Origin: Thermoplasmata archaeon
Lineage (GTDB): Archaea; Thermoplasmatota; Thermoplasmata; GCA-020350865
Assembly (NCBI GenBank): GCA_020348445.1
Contig: CP070751.1
Location: 2,963,334-3,010,119, forward strand
Length of the DNA: 46,786 nucleotides
Direction: 5' to 3'
Of this stretch, positions 28,640 through 38,432 are shown piece by piece; position 1 is the first letter of the stretch; each line of letters begins with the position of its first letter. The notes beneath the pieces are model-generated. The model was not told the DNA's origin and made no database searches. It saw only the letters and a list, made by a program, of their open reading frames with translations. The position numbers were made by a program, and so were the translations under genes.

Positions 28640-29410
28640 GTGCCTGACTTCGAACCGAGGATACTTGCCTTTGCTTGTAATTGGTGCAGTTATGCAGGTG
28701 CTGATTTGGCCGGGATTTCCAGAATGCAGTATCCGCCGAACTTGAGAATCATCAGGGTCATGTGCTCTGGAAGAGTGGACCCAGTATTTATCTTGGATGC
28801 ATTATCAAAGGGCGTGGATGGTGTGCTGGTCCTTGGGTGTCATCCCGGGGATTGCCACTACATCTCAGGTAATCTCATGACCGAAAGAAAGATGAGATGG
28901 ACAAAGGAGCTGATTGAGAAGACTGGTGTGGATCCAAGAAGGCTTAGATTGGAATGGATCTCAGCCTCAGAAGGTGAAAGGTTTGCAAATACAGCCAAGG
29001 AATTCACGGACCTGATTAAAAAATTGGGGTCGATCCAAAAAGAAGAAAAAGAAAAAATATTTTCAGAATTAAAAGCAGCAGAAAAAGTTGCAGATGAATC
29101 CAGAGTAAGAATACTCATGGGCAAGGAAAGGGAGCTCGTGGAGGAGGGTAATGTCTACGGTGACAAGTCAACTCAGGAGGATTTTGACAGGCTCATGAAA
29201 GATATTCTTGATGACGAGCATGTTCGGGAGAAGATCCTGCAGATTGCAAAAGAAAAACCCTTGTCAGTCAAGGAGATTTCAAAAAGAATGAATATGCCGA
29301 GCCAGGAAATTGGAAAACATGTGATGTGGCTTCGACACAAAGGGAAAATCGCCTTGCACGGAATAAAGAAAAGATCGCCCTTGTACAAAACTGTGGAGGT
29401 GCCCTATTGA
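28640..29410 (+). CDS. mvhD: MvhD-like 2Fe-2S protein with C-terminal winged-HTH-like extension
   Basis: CNWCSYAGAD, RVMCSGRVDP, GCHPGDCHY, WISASEG; tail KPLSVKEISKRMNMPSQEIGKHVMWLRHKGKI. Confidence 0.88.
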   Translation: MPDFEPRILAFACNWCSYAGADLAGISRMQYPPNLRIIRVMCSGRVDPVFILDALSKGVDGVLVLGCHPGDCHYISGNLMTERKMRWTKELIEKTGVDPRRLRLEWISASEGERFANTAKEFTDLIKKLGSIQKEEKEKIFSELKAAEKVADESRVRILMGKERELVEEGNVYGDKSTQEDFDRLMKDILDDEHVREKILQIAKEKPLSVKEISKRMNMPSQEIGKHVMWLRHKGKIALHGIKKRSPLYKTVEVPY

Positions 29411-32400
29411 GCGAGGAGAAAAAGGTTGGAGCAGTGCTCGTCGTGGGGGGTGGGATAGCGGGTATGCAGTCCTCCCTTGATCTTGCGGAGTCAGGTTTCA
29501 AGGTTTATTTACTTGAACGGAGCCCCTGCATAGGAGGTGTCATGGCTCAGCTGGACAAGACATTTCCCACAAATGACTGTGCAATGTGCATCATGGCTCC
29601 CAAGCTCGTGGCAACAGGAAGACATCCAAATATCGAGCTTATCACGAACACGGAAATAGAAAATCTAGAAGGCGAGCCAGGCAACTTCAAAGTCACCTTG
29701 GCAAAGCATCCAAGAAGGGTATCTGCAGAAAAATGTACGGGGTGCGGTGTCTGTGCCCAGGAATGTCCCGTCGAGGCAGTAAACGAGTTCAATGAAGATC
29801 TTTTGCCCCGCTCTGCAGTTCATATAAATTATCCCCAGGCTGTCCCCCTCACATTTATCATAGACAAAACAGCGTGTATTGGCTGCGGAATCTGCGAGAA
29901 GATGTGCAAGGCAAATGCAATTGAATATGATCAAGCTGAAGAGGAGCAGGATATCTATGTAGGCTCAATTATTTTGGCCTTGGGCTTCGACGAATTCAAT
30001 CCCGAGATAAAGAAGGAATACGGTTACGGTATCTACCCAAATGTTGTTTCCAGCATAGAATTTGAGAGGCTGCTTTCTGCAACAGGCCCAACCGGTGGAA
30101 TGGTTCTCCGCCCATCTGATTATGACATTCCAAAAAAAGTAGCTTTCATCCAGTGTGTGGGCTCAAGGGACCAGCAGTGTGATAAGAGCTACTGCTCTGC
30201 AGTGTGCTGCATGTATTCGATTAAAGAGGCCATAATTGCAAAGGAGCATACAGAAGGTCTAGACTGTCACATCTTTTACATGGACATAAGAACGTATGGC
30301 AAGGAATTTGAAGATTATTATAACAGGGCACAGGATGAATACAAAATTGGATTCACAAGAAGCAGGCCAGCAAGTATAAGAGAGGATCCAAAGACAAGGA
30401 ATCTGATAATATCTTATATTGAAAACAGCGAGCCAAAAGAAGAAGAATTCGACATGGTGATCCTTTCAGTTGGAATAGACGCACCAAAGGACGCAGTTAG
30501 ATTGAGCGAGAAGCTGGGAATAGAATTGAATGAGCATAACTTCGCAGCCACAAAGAAGTTCTTTCCGCTCTCAACTTCAAAGGAAGGAATTTTCGTATGC
30601 GGTGCCTTCTCCTCTCCAAAGGATATTCCAGACACAGTGGCCCAGGCTTCTGCAGCAGCCTCAAAGGCCTCGGCTATGGTTTCCACAGAAAGAGGAACCA
30701 TGATCACCAAAAGAGAAATTATTCCTGAAAAGGATGTGAGACTTGAGGGGCCAAGAATCGGTGTTTTTATATGTCACTGCGGAATAAACATCGGTGGTGT
30801 TGTAAGGGTTCCAGAGGTTGTGGAATATGCAAGGACCTTGCCTAATGTTGCCTATGCAGAGCATAATCTATACACCTGTTCACAGGACACCCAGGAGAAG
30901 ATAAAGGAGAAGGTGAAGGAGCAAAATCTCAACAGGGTAATAGTTGCATCATGCACTCCAAGAACCCATGAGCCGCTTTTCCAGGCCACTGTTTCGGAGG
31001 CGGGATTGAATCCATATCTTTTCGAGATGGCGAATATAAGAGATCAGTGTTCCTGGGTGCACATGCACGAGCCCGATTCTGCAACAGAGAAAGCCAAAGA
31101 CCTTGTTCGAATGGCTGTTGCAAAGGCAAGGCTTCTTGAGCCCCTGAAAATGGCAACACTGGGTATCAACAGAAGCGCACTTGTAATAGGTGGTGGGATA
31201 TCTGGTATGACCGCTGCTTTAGGATTTGCAAAGCAGGGATACAAGGCGTATCTTGTGGAGAAAACTTTGGAACTTGGAGGTAATTTAAGACACCTGCGCT
31301 ATTCTGGGACTCAGGAGGATCCGCAAAAAGAGTTGGCAAGCTTAATCAAATTGGTGGAGGAAAATGAAAACATCGAGATCTTCAAAAGCGCAGAGATTCT
31401 TTCAATTGAGGGTTACGTGGGTAATTTCAAATCAAGGATTCTTTCTGAAAATATGGAGCATGAAATCGAACATGGAGTTGTTGTGGTGGCAACAGGTGCC
31501 CTGGAGTACGAGCCTACAGAGTACATGTACGGTAAAGACGGGAGGATAATAACCCAATTGGAGCTTGAGCAACTTCTTGCCGAGGATAAAATCAATCCAA
31601 AAAATGTTATCATGATACAGTGCGTGGGCTCAAGAGGAGAGAAGGTTCCGTACTGCTCCAGAATATGCTGTACAACAGCAATAAAAAATGCGCTTCAAAT
31701 TAAAGAACATGAGCCAGATGCAAAAGTATACGTTCTCTATAGGGATATTAGAACCTATGGTTTTAGGGAAGATTTCTACGACAAGGCCCTGGAAGAAGGT
31801 ATAACGTTTTTAAGATTTGATGTAGACTCAAAACCTAAAGTCGAGGTTGCATCGGGAAGACTGAAGGTCACAGTAAAGGAACCATTGATTGACGAAAATA
31901 TCGATTTCAATCCGGATTTTGTTGTATTGAGCGTTGCCCAGGTTCCTGATCCTAACAACGAGGACCTATCAAAATCCCTTAAGGTTCCCCTTTCCAAGGA
32001 CGGTTTCTTTTTGGAAGCCCACATGAAGCTGCGGCCAGTTGACTTTGCCACTGAAGGTGTCTTTCTTTGTGGCTCTGCCCACTCACCTAAGTTCATAGAC
32101 GAGAGCATATCGCAGGCCGAGGCCGTGGTCTCAAGGGCATGCACAATACTCTCTAAGGATTATTTAGAAGCTGAGGGTGTAATTTCCATCGTGAACTCAG
32201 ACATATGCAGTGGGTGTGAGACATGTATCCTTGTATGTCCTTTTGACGCCATTGACAAGGATGATAAGGGAAAGGCCAAGGTCAACGAGCTACTTTGTAA
32301 AGGCTGTGGAGCATGTGTTGCAGCATGCAGAGCAGGTGCAATTCAACAAAGATGCTTTACTGACGAGCAGATTTTATCTGTTATCAGGTCAGCATTTCAG

Positions 32401-32415
32401 GAGGTGAGCACCTGA
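29407..32415 (+). CDS. hdrA: Tandem (two-module) HdrA-like flavoprotein
   Basis: TTG 29407 overlaps the mvhD stop after GGAGGTG; two FAD modules, TNDCAMC, YCSAVCCMY, RIGVFICHCG, YCSRICC, C-terminal ferredoxin. Confidence 0.93.
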   Translation: MSEEKKVGAVLVVGGGIAGMQSSLDLAESGFKVYLLERSPCIGGVMAQLDKTFPTNDCAMCIMAPKLVATGRHPNIELITNTEIENLEGEPGNFKVTLAKHPRRVSAEKCTGCGVCAQECPVEAVNEFNEDLLPRSAVHINYPQAVPLTFIIDKTACIGCGICEKMCKANAIEYDQAEEEQDIYVGSIILALGFDEFNPEIKKEYGYGIYPNVVSSIEFERLLSATGPTGGMVLRPSDYDIPKKVAFIQCVGSRDQQCDKSYCSAVCCMYSIKEAIIAKEHTEGLDCHIFYMDIRTYGKEFEDYYNRAQDEYKIGFTRSRPASIREDPKTRNLIISYIENSEPKEEEFDMVILSVGIDAPKDAVRLSEKLGIELNEHNFAATKKFFPLSTSKEGIFVCGAFSSPKDIPDTVAQASAAASKASAMVSTERGTMITKREIIPEKDVRLEGPRIGVFICHCGINIGGVVRVPEVVEYARTLPNVAYAEHNLYTCSQDTQEKIKEKVKEQNLNRVIVASCTPRTHEPLFQATVSEAGLNPYLFEMANIRDQCSWVHMHEPDSATEKAKDLVRMAVAKARLLEPLKMATLGINRSALVIGGGISGMTAALGFAKQGYKAYLVEKTLELGGNLRHLRYSGTQEDPQKELASLIKLVEENENIEIFKSAEILSIEGYVGNFKSRILSENMEHEIEHGVVVVATGALEYEPTEYMYGKDGRIITQLELEQLLAEDKINPKNVIMIQCVGSRGEKVPYCSRICCTTAIKNALQIKEHEPDAKVYVLYRDIRTYGFREDFYDKALEEGITFLRFDVDSKPKVEVASGRLKVTVKEPLIDENIDFNPDFVVLSVAQVPDPNNEDLSKSLKVPLSKDGFFLEAHMKLRPVDFATEGVFLCGSAHSPKFIDESISQAEAVVSRACTILSKDYLEAEGVISIVNSDICSGCETCILVCPFDAIDKDDKGKAKVNELLCKGCGACVAACRAGAIQQRCFTDEQILSVIRSAFQEVST

Positions 32416-32422
32416 GTGAAAA

Positions 32423-32610
32423 GCCTGAATACGAGCCAAAGATACTTGCATTTCTCTGCAACCGTTTTTTTCTTTGGGCTTTTTTCTCCGCTGGCTGGCC
32501 CTTGCAAAGAAAAAAATGGGTCAAAAAGAAACTCGGGCCAACCTGCTCGAAAAAAGGAGGTGTAATTAGTGCCTGAATACGAGCCAAAGATACTTGCATT
32601 TCTATGCAAC
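32423..32610 (+). repeat. 40-bp direct repeat of the mvhD 5' end flanking a 108-nt hairpin insert
   Basis: 32423-32462 vs 32571-32610 match at 39/40; 14-bp stem 32463-32476 with 32505-32518. Confidence 0.85.
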
Positions 32611-32997
32611 TGGTGCTCATATGCAGGTGCAGACCTGGCCGGAGTGTCCAGATTCCAGTATCCTCCAAATGTTCGCATAGTCAGGGTCATGTGCTCGGGT
32701 AGAATCTCTCCAAGATTTGTTTTAAAAAGCTTCCAGGAAGGTGCTGACGGTGTTCTGATTGCAGGCTGTCATCCTGGTGACTGCCATTATTCAAAAGGCA
32801 ACTACTACACAAGGCGAAGATTGACTGTCCTTGGTAAATTACTGGAACATGTGGGTGTGGACCCAAGAAGATTCAAGGTGAAGTGGATTTCTGCCTCAGA
32901 GGGCGGCAAATTCGCGGATGTGATAAAAGAAATGACTGAGAACGTGAAGGGTCTGGGACCCCAGCGTTCTTTTAAAAGGGTAGATGATGATGAGTAA
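32569..32997 (+). CDS. mvhD: MvhD/FlxD-like 2Fe-2S protein
   Basis: CNWCSYAGAD, RVMCSGR, GCHPGDCHY; AGGAGGTG RBS. Confidence 0.93.
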   Translation: MPEYEPKILAFLCNWCSYAGADLAGVSRFQYPPNVRIVRVMCSGRISPRFVLKSFQEGADGVLIAGCHPGDCHYSKGNYYTRRRLTVLGKLLEHVGVDPRRFKVKWISASEGGKFADVIKEMTENVKGLGPQRSFKRVDDDE

Positions 32998-33994
32998 AAT
33001 CGAGGATGAAATAAGAGGAATTGCAAAAAAGCTACTTGAAGAAGGCAAGGTAAAGTACTTCACAGGTTATGCAAAGGGGCCGGATTCCTTTAGGGCAAGA
33101 CCCATTATCATTGATGATCCAAAAGATGTGGACAAGCTGATTTGGTCTCCTTGCTGTGTGAACAACCTGGGTGTGTACCTTGTTGACGAGATGAAGAAAA
33201 AGCCAAAAAGAGGGGAAGAGCCAGACACTCGGCCTGTTGGAATAGTTACCAAAGCATGCGACGCAAGGGGCATCACCGTACTTCACCAGGAGAACATATT
33301 ACCCAAAGAAAGGGTGTACGTCATTGGCATCCCCTGTAGGGGAATGGCAGATCCCGAGAAACTTGAAAAACATGCAAGAAAAAAGGGCCTTGGTCATGAT
33401 GCAATCTACAACATGGATATAAAAGAGGAGAAGATGATGTTTACAGGAGAGGCAGAAGGGGTAAAGGTGGCCTTCCCAAGAGAGGAGGTACTACTTGACA
33501 AATGCAAGGAATGTGTTCATCACAATCCAAGGGAGTACGATATCGTAATTGGAAAGAGAATTGAAAATCCCCATGTGGATAAGTACGCCACAATCAGAGA
33601 ACTGGAAGACATGTCCCTTGAAGAAAGAGAAAAATTCTGGGAGATGATATTTGAAAGATGTATCAGATGCAATGCATGCAAAGAGGTCTGTCCCATGTGT
33701 TATTGCGAGGAATGTACAGTTGAGAAGGCAAAACCAATGAGGTGGTGCTCCAAGTCAGCTGACAAATCAAATAATGAGTTCTTTCATCTTATTCGCGCAA
33801 TGCATCTTGTGGGAAGATGCATCGATTGCGGTGAATGTGAGAGGGTGTGTCCCATGGCAATACCCCTTCGAAAGCTGTATAGGAAAATGGCCAAAGAAGC
33901 AGAGAAGCTTTACAGCTACGAGGCCGGTTTGAATCCCGAAGAGGATCCTGTCTTTGCCACATTCAGAGTTGACGATGATGATGAATTTGAGTAG
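32984..33994 (+). CDS. FlxC/FdhB-like 4Fe-4S protein
   Basis: CVNNLGVYL, KACDARG, CIRCNACKEVCPMCYC, RCIDCGECERVCP. Confidence 0.8.
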   Translation: MMMSKIEDEIRGIAKKLLEEGKVKYFTGYAKGPDSFRARPIIIDDPKDVDKLIWSPCCVNNLGVYLVDEMKKKPKRGEEPDTRPVGIVTKACDARGITVLHQENILPKERVYVIGIPCRGMADPEKLEKHARKKGLGHDAIYNMDIKEEKMMFTGEAEGVKVAFPREEVLLDKCKECVHHNPREYDIVIGKRIENPHVDKYATIRELEDMSLEEREKFWEMIFERCIRCNACKEVCPMCYCEECTVEKAKPMRWCSKSADKSNNEFFHLIRAMHLVGRCIDCGECERVCPMAIPLRKLYRKMAKEAEKLYSYEAGLNPEEDPVFATFRVDDDDEFE

Positions 33995-34009
33995 TAAAGA
34001 GATGAGATA

Positions 34010-35041
34010 ATGGATGATATGATAATAAAAAAGGATAAATTACCAAAATGGTCATCTGAGCTTTCAGATTACAAAATATTTGCTCCTCACAGGGAGGATG
34101 ATGTCGTAATATTCAAGGAAATGAAGAATGTAAACAAGGTAGTTTTGCACTACGCAAATTCAGTAATGCCTCCAAAGGAGATATTCTTTCCACAGACCCA
34201 GGAGCTCTTCAAGTACGAAAAGTCTCCAGAGATGAAGGTGAGCGAGGCTGAATTGCCGCTTGAGAAGGTTCTTTTATTTGGAGTACGACCATGCGATGCA
34301 AGAAGCTTTCTAATTATGGACAAGTTATTTTACTGGGATTACGAGGATCATCTCTATAAACAGGCAAGGGACAATACAGTGATAATTGGTCTTACCTGCA
34401 CATCTCCACATCACAATTGCTTCTGTACGTCTGTTGGGGGTAAACCCTATTCCAATGAAGGTTTGGATGTCTTGATGACTGATTTGGGGGATAGATATTA
34501 CGTGGAGGTCCTCACTGAAAAGGGCGAGGATGTAATAAGAAAACCAGATGAGCTGTTTTCAAAACCAACTGACAAGGATAGAAAGGAACGGGGTGAAATC
34601 TGGGAAAAGGCAGAGTCAGAGGTAACAAAAAACGTTGAAGTGGAAGGTGTTCATGACAAATTGGGGGAGCTTTTTGAATCCAAATACTGGGACGAGAAAT
34701 CCCGAACCTGCGTGGGATGCGGTATATGCTCATTTCTCTGCCCCACATGTCACTGCTTCGATATTACGGATGAGGATTGCGGAAACTGCGGAAGGAGAAT
34801 TCGAACCTGGGATACATGCATGATCCCCGAATATACTGTCCATGCCTCGGGCTACAATCCCAGGCCCGGGAAAAAGAATAGATTGAAAAACAGAGTATTT
34901 CACAAGTTCAGGTACTTCCCTGACAGGTTTGATGCAATTGCCTGTGTCGGGTGTGGAAGGTGTATCTCCAAATGTCCCGTGGGAATCGATATTGTTGAGA
35001 CTTTGGAGGAGGTAAAGGAGGTAGAGGAGGTGGAGGAATGA
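34010..35041 (+). CDS. FlxB/AsrA-like 4Fe-4S protein
   Basis: GVRPCDA, CFCTS, CVGCGICSFLCPTCHCF, RTWDTC, CVGCGRCISKCP. Confidence 0.85.
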   Translation: MDDMIIKKDKLPKWSSELSDYKIFAPHREDDVVIFKEMKNVNKVVLHYANSVMPPKEIFFPQTQELFKYEKSPEMKVSEAELPLEKVLLFGVRPCDARSFLIMDKLFYWDYEDHLYKQARDNTVIIGLTCTSPHHNCFCTSVGGKPYSNEGLDVLMTDLGDRYYVEVLTEKGEDVIRKPDELFSKPTDKDRKERGEIWEKAESEVTKNVEVEGVHDKLGELFESKYWDEKSRTCVGCGICSFLCPTCHCFDITDEDCGNCGRRIRTWDTCMIPEYTVHASGYNPRPGKKNRLKNRVFHKFRYFPDRFDAIACVGCGRCISKCPVGIDIVETLEEVKEVEEVEE

Positions 35042-35111
35042 GCAATGATAATGCCCTTCATCTGCACCAAAATATGATGATCAGATTAAAAGGAGTCACG
35101 GAGGTGAAGGG

Positions 35112-36044
35112 TTGAGTACCGAGAACCTCTACAAGCCCCACCTTGCCACAATTACCGAAATCAGGGAGGAGGCAACAGGTGAAAGGGGCATTAAAACCTT
35201 CAAGGTAAGGATCAACGACGATGAGGTTCGGAAGAATTTTAAACATATTCCAGGTCAGTGTGCCATGCTCAGTGTTTTTGGTGTGGGAGAGAGCATTTTT
35301 GGCATTTCCTCCCCTCCCACTTGGAAGGATTTTCTTGAGTTCACGATAATGCGTGTAGGTAATGTAACTTCTGCACTTCATATGATGAATGTGGGTGATG
35401 TCATTGGGATTAGGGGCCCTTATGGAAATGGTTTTCCCATGGATGAATTCAAAGGAAAGAACTGTATCTTCATTGGTGCAGGAGTGGGAATAGCCCCCTT
35501 AAGAAGTGTTTACCAGTATGTTCTGAGTCCCGAACATAGAAAGGAGTTCGGGGACGTTTTGCTCATATACGGAGCAAGAACACCAGCGGATCTAGCCTAT
35601 AAAGAAGAATTCGAAGAGATCGACAAAAGAGATGATGTTGATCTTCAGATGTGCATAGACTGGAAGTTCGGTCCTGAGGGAATGATAGACGAGGATGCAG
35701 CCAAGGGATGGCCCAAGATAAAGATGTCATGCCCTGCAGAAACCGAAATACCCGAAGGATGCAATCACTGGACCTGTTTTGTTCCCCAGCTTGTGGAGGT
35801 TGCAGCCCCCTCTCCTGAAAATGCCGTGGCCTTAACGTGTGGTCCTCCAATTGCCATCAAGTTCGTTGTTCAGAACCTTGAAAAACTCGGCTTTTCAGAT
35901 GATCAGGTTTACACGACCTTGGAGAATCGTATGAAATGCGGGATTGGGAAGTGTGGCAGGTGCAATATAGGGGAGATATACGTTTGCAAGGACGGCCCTG
36001 TTTTTACGAGAGAGCAGATCAAGAAGATGTTTCAGGAGTTTTAA
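35112..36044 (+). CDS. FlxA/AsrB-like FAD/NAD-binding oxidoreductase
   Basis: PGQCAM, RGPYGNGF, GAGVGIAPLR, CGPP, MKCGIGKCGRC...CKDGPVF. Confidence 0.88.
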   Translation: MSTENLYKPHLATITEIREEATGERGIKTFKVRINDDEVRKNFKHIPGQCAMLSVFGVGESIFGISSPPTWKDFLEFTIMRVGNVTSALHMMNVGDVIGIRGPYGNGFPMDEFKGKNCIFIGAGVGIAPLRSVYQYVLSPEHRKEFGDVLLIYGARTPADLAYKEEFEEIDKRDDVDLQMCIDWKFGPEGMIDEDAAKGWPKIKMSCPAETEIPEGCNHWTCFVPQLVEVAAPSPENAVALTCGPPIAIKFVVQNLEKLGFSDDQVYTTLENRMKCGIGKCGRCNIGEIYVCKDGPVFTREQIKKMFQEF

Positions 36045-36079
36045 AATAAATTTAAAAAAAAAGAACAGATTAATAATCT

Positions 36080-36664
36080 TCACTCACGCAGATTAATGAT
36101 GTATATGAAGTCCCCTCTCTTTTTTTGCGCTGAAAGCTCCCCATCACTTTTACTCTCCTTGATCATACCGGCATGCAAGCCCTCTAGGTAATGAAATAGC
36201 TCAGGGTATTCATCAAGTTTTTTCCAAGTCACCGTGATTTTGGAGTCAGATGTTTCCAAATCAGTCTCGCAATCCTTGAAAATGGCACTGGGAGTCTCGA
36301 GATTGTGGTAGAACTCACCCATCACCTCTTTCAGCTCCTTGTGGGGATCCAGATATTGATAGGGGCTGTCTTTCTCCTCCGGACCCGAATAGAGGTAGAA
36401 ACCGACATCATAGCATCTGTGTATTACCTTTTCAGAATTTACTCCCTTTTTTTCACCAAGATTGTTCTTGATTATCTGCAGGAGGATAACAAAGGATTTG
36501 ACTGGCATGTACGACGGTAGATAAGGAGATCTCGTTGATATGAACTGATGGGTTGCGCTCACGTAGGTCTTTCTAATGCTTTCGCTACCCAATCTACCGC
36601 GTTTTGTTCTTACGTACCCCAACGCTTTACGGAAGGCATAGTTATGCACTTTCGCATCAGACAT
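36080..36664 (-). CDS. Hypothetical protein (possibly V4R/HNOX-like fold)
   Basis: 194-aa ORF convergent on the operon; the fold guess rests only on the YLEGLHAGMI-type pattern. Confidence 0.6.
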   Translation of the reverse strand: MSDAKVHNYAFRKALGYVRTKRGRLGSESIRKTYVSATHQFISTRSPYLPSYMPVKSFVILLQIIKNNLGEKKGVNSEKVIHRCYDVGFYLYSGPEEKDSPYQYLDPHKELKEVMGEFYHNLETPSAIFKDCETDLETSDSKITVTWKKLDEYPELFHYLEGLHAGMIKESKSDGELSAQKKRGDFIYIINLRE

Positions 36665-36767
36665 CCAGTGATATATATGTGACTGGGGATTTATATCTTT
36701 TATTGAAGAATGAAATGTTAATATGTTTACATAGTTGATAAGGGTTGTAGGTTCTAAAAATGATAGA

Positions 36768-37139
36768 TTAACTCCTTATTACCTCTTTTACATACATCAG
36801 TGGGTAATCCATCTCTTCTATGTGCTTCATCTCGCAGACGACCTCCACATCCTTGAACTTTATAGTGAGGTTCACCTCGAGCATATCCCCAGTTAAGGTG
36901 AGATAATCGAATTCAGTGCTCTTTTCCCTCAATCTGCTCCTGTCTATCTTCACTTTCGCATCCTTCACAAAAGGCTGCACTTTTGCTCCCTCTGCTATTG
37001 CCTTCTCCAAGACTTCCACATTATTCTGGCTTATGGGGGCTCCCACAAACTGATGATATACTGTTCCCAACTTGATTCCTGCTTCAAAGGCAGCTCTTTC
37101 TGAATCTGTGCAGTTGAAGTACTTATCAGCCTTATCCAT
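36768..37139 (-). CDS. mptD: Archaeal dihydroneopterin aldolase
   Basis: ERAAFEAGIKLGTVYHQFVGAPIS...DYPLMYV; start 37139 after AAGGTGA. Confidence 0.9.
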   Translation of the reverse strand: MDKADKYFNCTDSERAAFEAGIKLGTVYHQFVGAPISQNNVEVLEKAIAEGAKVQPFVKDAKVKIDRSRLREKSTEFDYLTLTGDMLEVNLTIKFKDVEVVCEMKHIEEMDYPLMYVKEVIRS

Positions 37140-37144
37140 GAAAA

Positions 37145-37837
37145 TCACCTTATTTTCTTTTTTGCATATAATGGCCCTATCACTACATAAATACTTGCCA
37201 TTGTCAGAACAAAGACCAAAATCGGGGATGAGAACCAGGTATTTGACCAAATCCCTATGATTCCTATCAAGATAATGAGGCCTGCAGTAAATCCAAGGAT
37301 TCCCTTGAGCTTTGGATACTCTATCGTGCTAATCATCAACATGGAGATGATTATCGCACATAACATAATCGAGTGCAAATCCCACAAAACATCTGCAGCA
37401 ATCACTATGATAAGGGCAGTAGCTGGTGTGGGAAGGCCCATAAAATTCCTTTTTTTGTGCCCCCTCTCAATGAACCTTGCTAGCCTCATTATTCCTAACA
37501 GCACAACAAGCATGCTTGCTGTCACAGTTAACGCATTTTCAATATTCTGAAAGCTGGTGCCCTTTTCAAGGTCGTAGAACATCCCGTAAAGCAAAATCGA
37601 GGGGGCGAAGCTGAAGGTCACCATATCTGCTATTGAATCCATATAGATTCCGTGTCTCTTGTTCCTTTTAAATGATCTTGCAAGAATACCGTCCGCTCCA
37701 TCTATGAGTATTCCGGCCAGAATCAGGATCATACCATATCTGAATTCCCCGTCAATTATGTACATTATCGCCAAAAGGCCCACGAAACCGTTTAGAAGGG
37801 AGGCCAAATCCGGTATAATTGAGGTTTCAATCTTCAT
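37145..37837 (-). CDS. pssA: Archaetidylserine/phosphatidylserine synthase (CDP-alcohol phosphatidyltransferase)
   Basis: DGADGILAR...G..MDSIADMVTF motif; RLARF; F.GLPTPA; adjacent to psd. Confidence 0.88.
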   Translation of the reverse strand: MKIETSIIPDLASLLNGFVGLLAIMYIIDGEFRYGMILILAGILIDGADGILARSFKRNKRHGIYMDSIADMVTFSFAPSILLYGMFYDLEKGTSFQNIENALTVTASMLVVLLGIMRLARFIERGHKKRNFMGLPTPATALIIVIAADVLWDLHSIMLCAIIISMLMISTIEYPKLKGILGFTAGLIILIGIIGIWSNTWFSSPILVFVLTMASIYVVIGPLYAKKKIR

Positions 37838-38432
37838 CTGGAACCTCCCTTGCAAGGCAGCTTACCCCTGCTTTAACAGTTGATCCCTCCTTTACAGTGA
37901 GTTCAATACGATTTTTCGGAAGGTACAGATCCACCCTTGAGCCGAACCTGATAATGCCTATTCTCTGGCCCTTTGAGAGCCTGTCGCCCGTATGGACATA
38001 AGGCACTATTCTTCTTGCAAATGCCCCGGCAATCTGGACGATTGTGACCTGCCCTATTTGAGTGTCAAGTGTAGTTACAACTCTCTCGTTTGCATCAGAG
38101 TTCTTGTCAAATGCAGGAACATGTTTTCCTTTTATATGCTCGATTTTAGCGATCTTCCCTTCGAAAGGAGCCCGATTTACATGAACGTTGTGAAGACCCA
38201 TTACTATGGAGAGTCTCAGTATACCGCCCTCTTTCTTTATACTTGATAATCTTCCGTCCGCGGGTGAGACAATGCCATCCCCCACAGTTCTTTCAGGATC
38301 TCGGAAGAATATAATGAAGAAGATAAATATAATAAGAAATATCAAGGCTACATAAATTAAATTGATAAAAACCAGGACAAAGGCAATAATCAAGGGTACC
38401 GCAATCAAGGGCGCCGAGCCTCTTGCTATCAT
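37827..38432 (-). CDS. psd: Phosphatidyl/archaetidylserine decarboxylase
   Basis: FFRDPER, SPADG, HVNRAP, RFGSRVD self-cleavage motif. Confidence 0.92.
   Translation of the reverse strand: MIARGSAPLIAVPLIIAFVLVFINLIYVALIFLIIFIFFIIFFRDPERTVGDGIVSPADGRLSSIKKEGGILRLSIVMGLHNVHVNRAPFEGKIAKIEHIKGKHVPAFDKNSDANERVVTTLDTQIGQVTIVQIAGAFARRIVPYVHTGDRLSKGQRIGIIRFGSRVDLYLPKNRIELTVKEGSTVKAGVSCLAREVPDED

Noticed and set aside
32463-32520. Programmed frameshift joining the first mvhD start to the main gene
   Set aside because: It would need a +1 shift and would duplicate the N-terminal 13 residues around a junk peptide; the second copy has its own RBS.
32384-32690. Minus-strand ORFs across the mvhD insert
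   Set aside because: Antisense to conserved redox genes, no RBS, composition explained by the duplicated segment.
22656-32997. Selenocysteine recoding in hdrA/mvhD
   Set aside because: All frames are open, with Cys at the positions that are Sec in some methanogens; no in-frame TGA.
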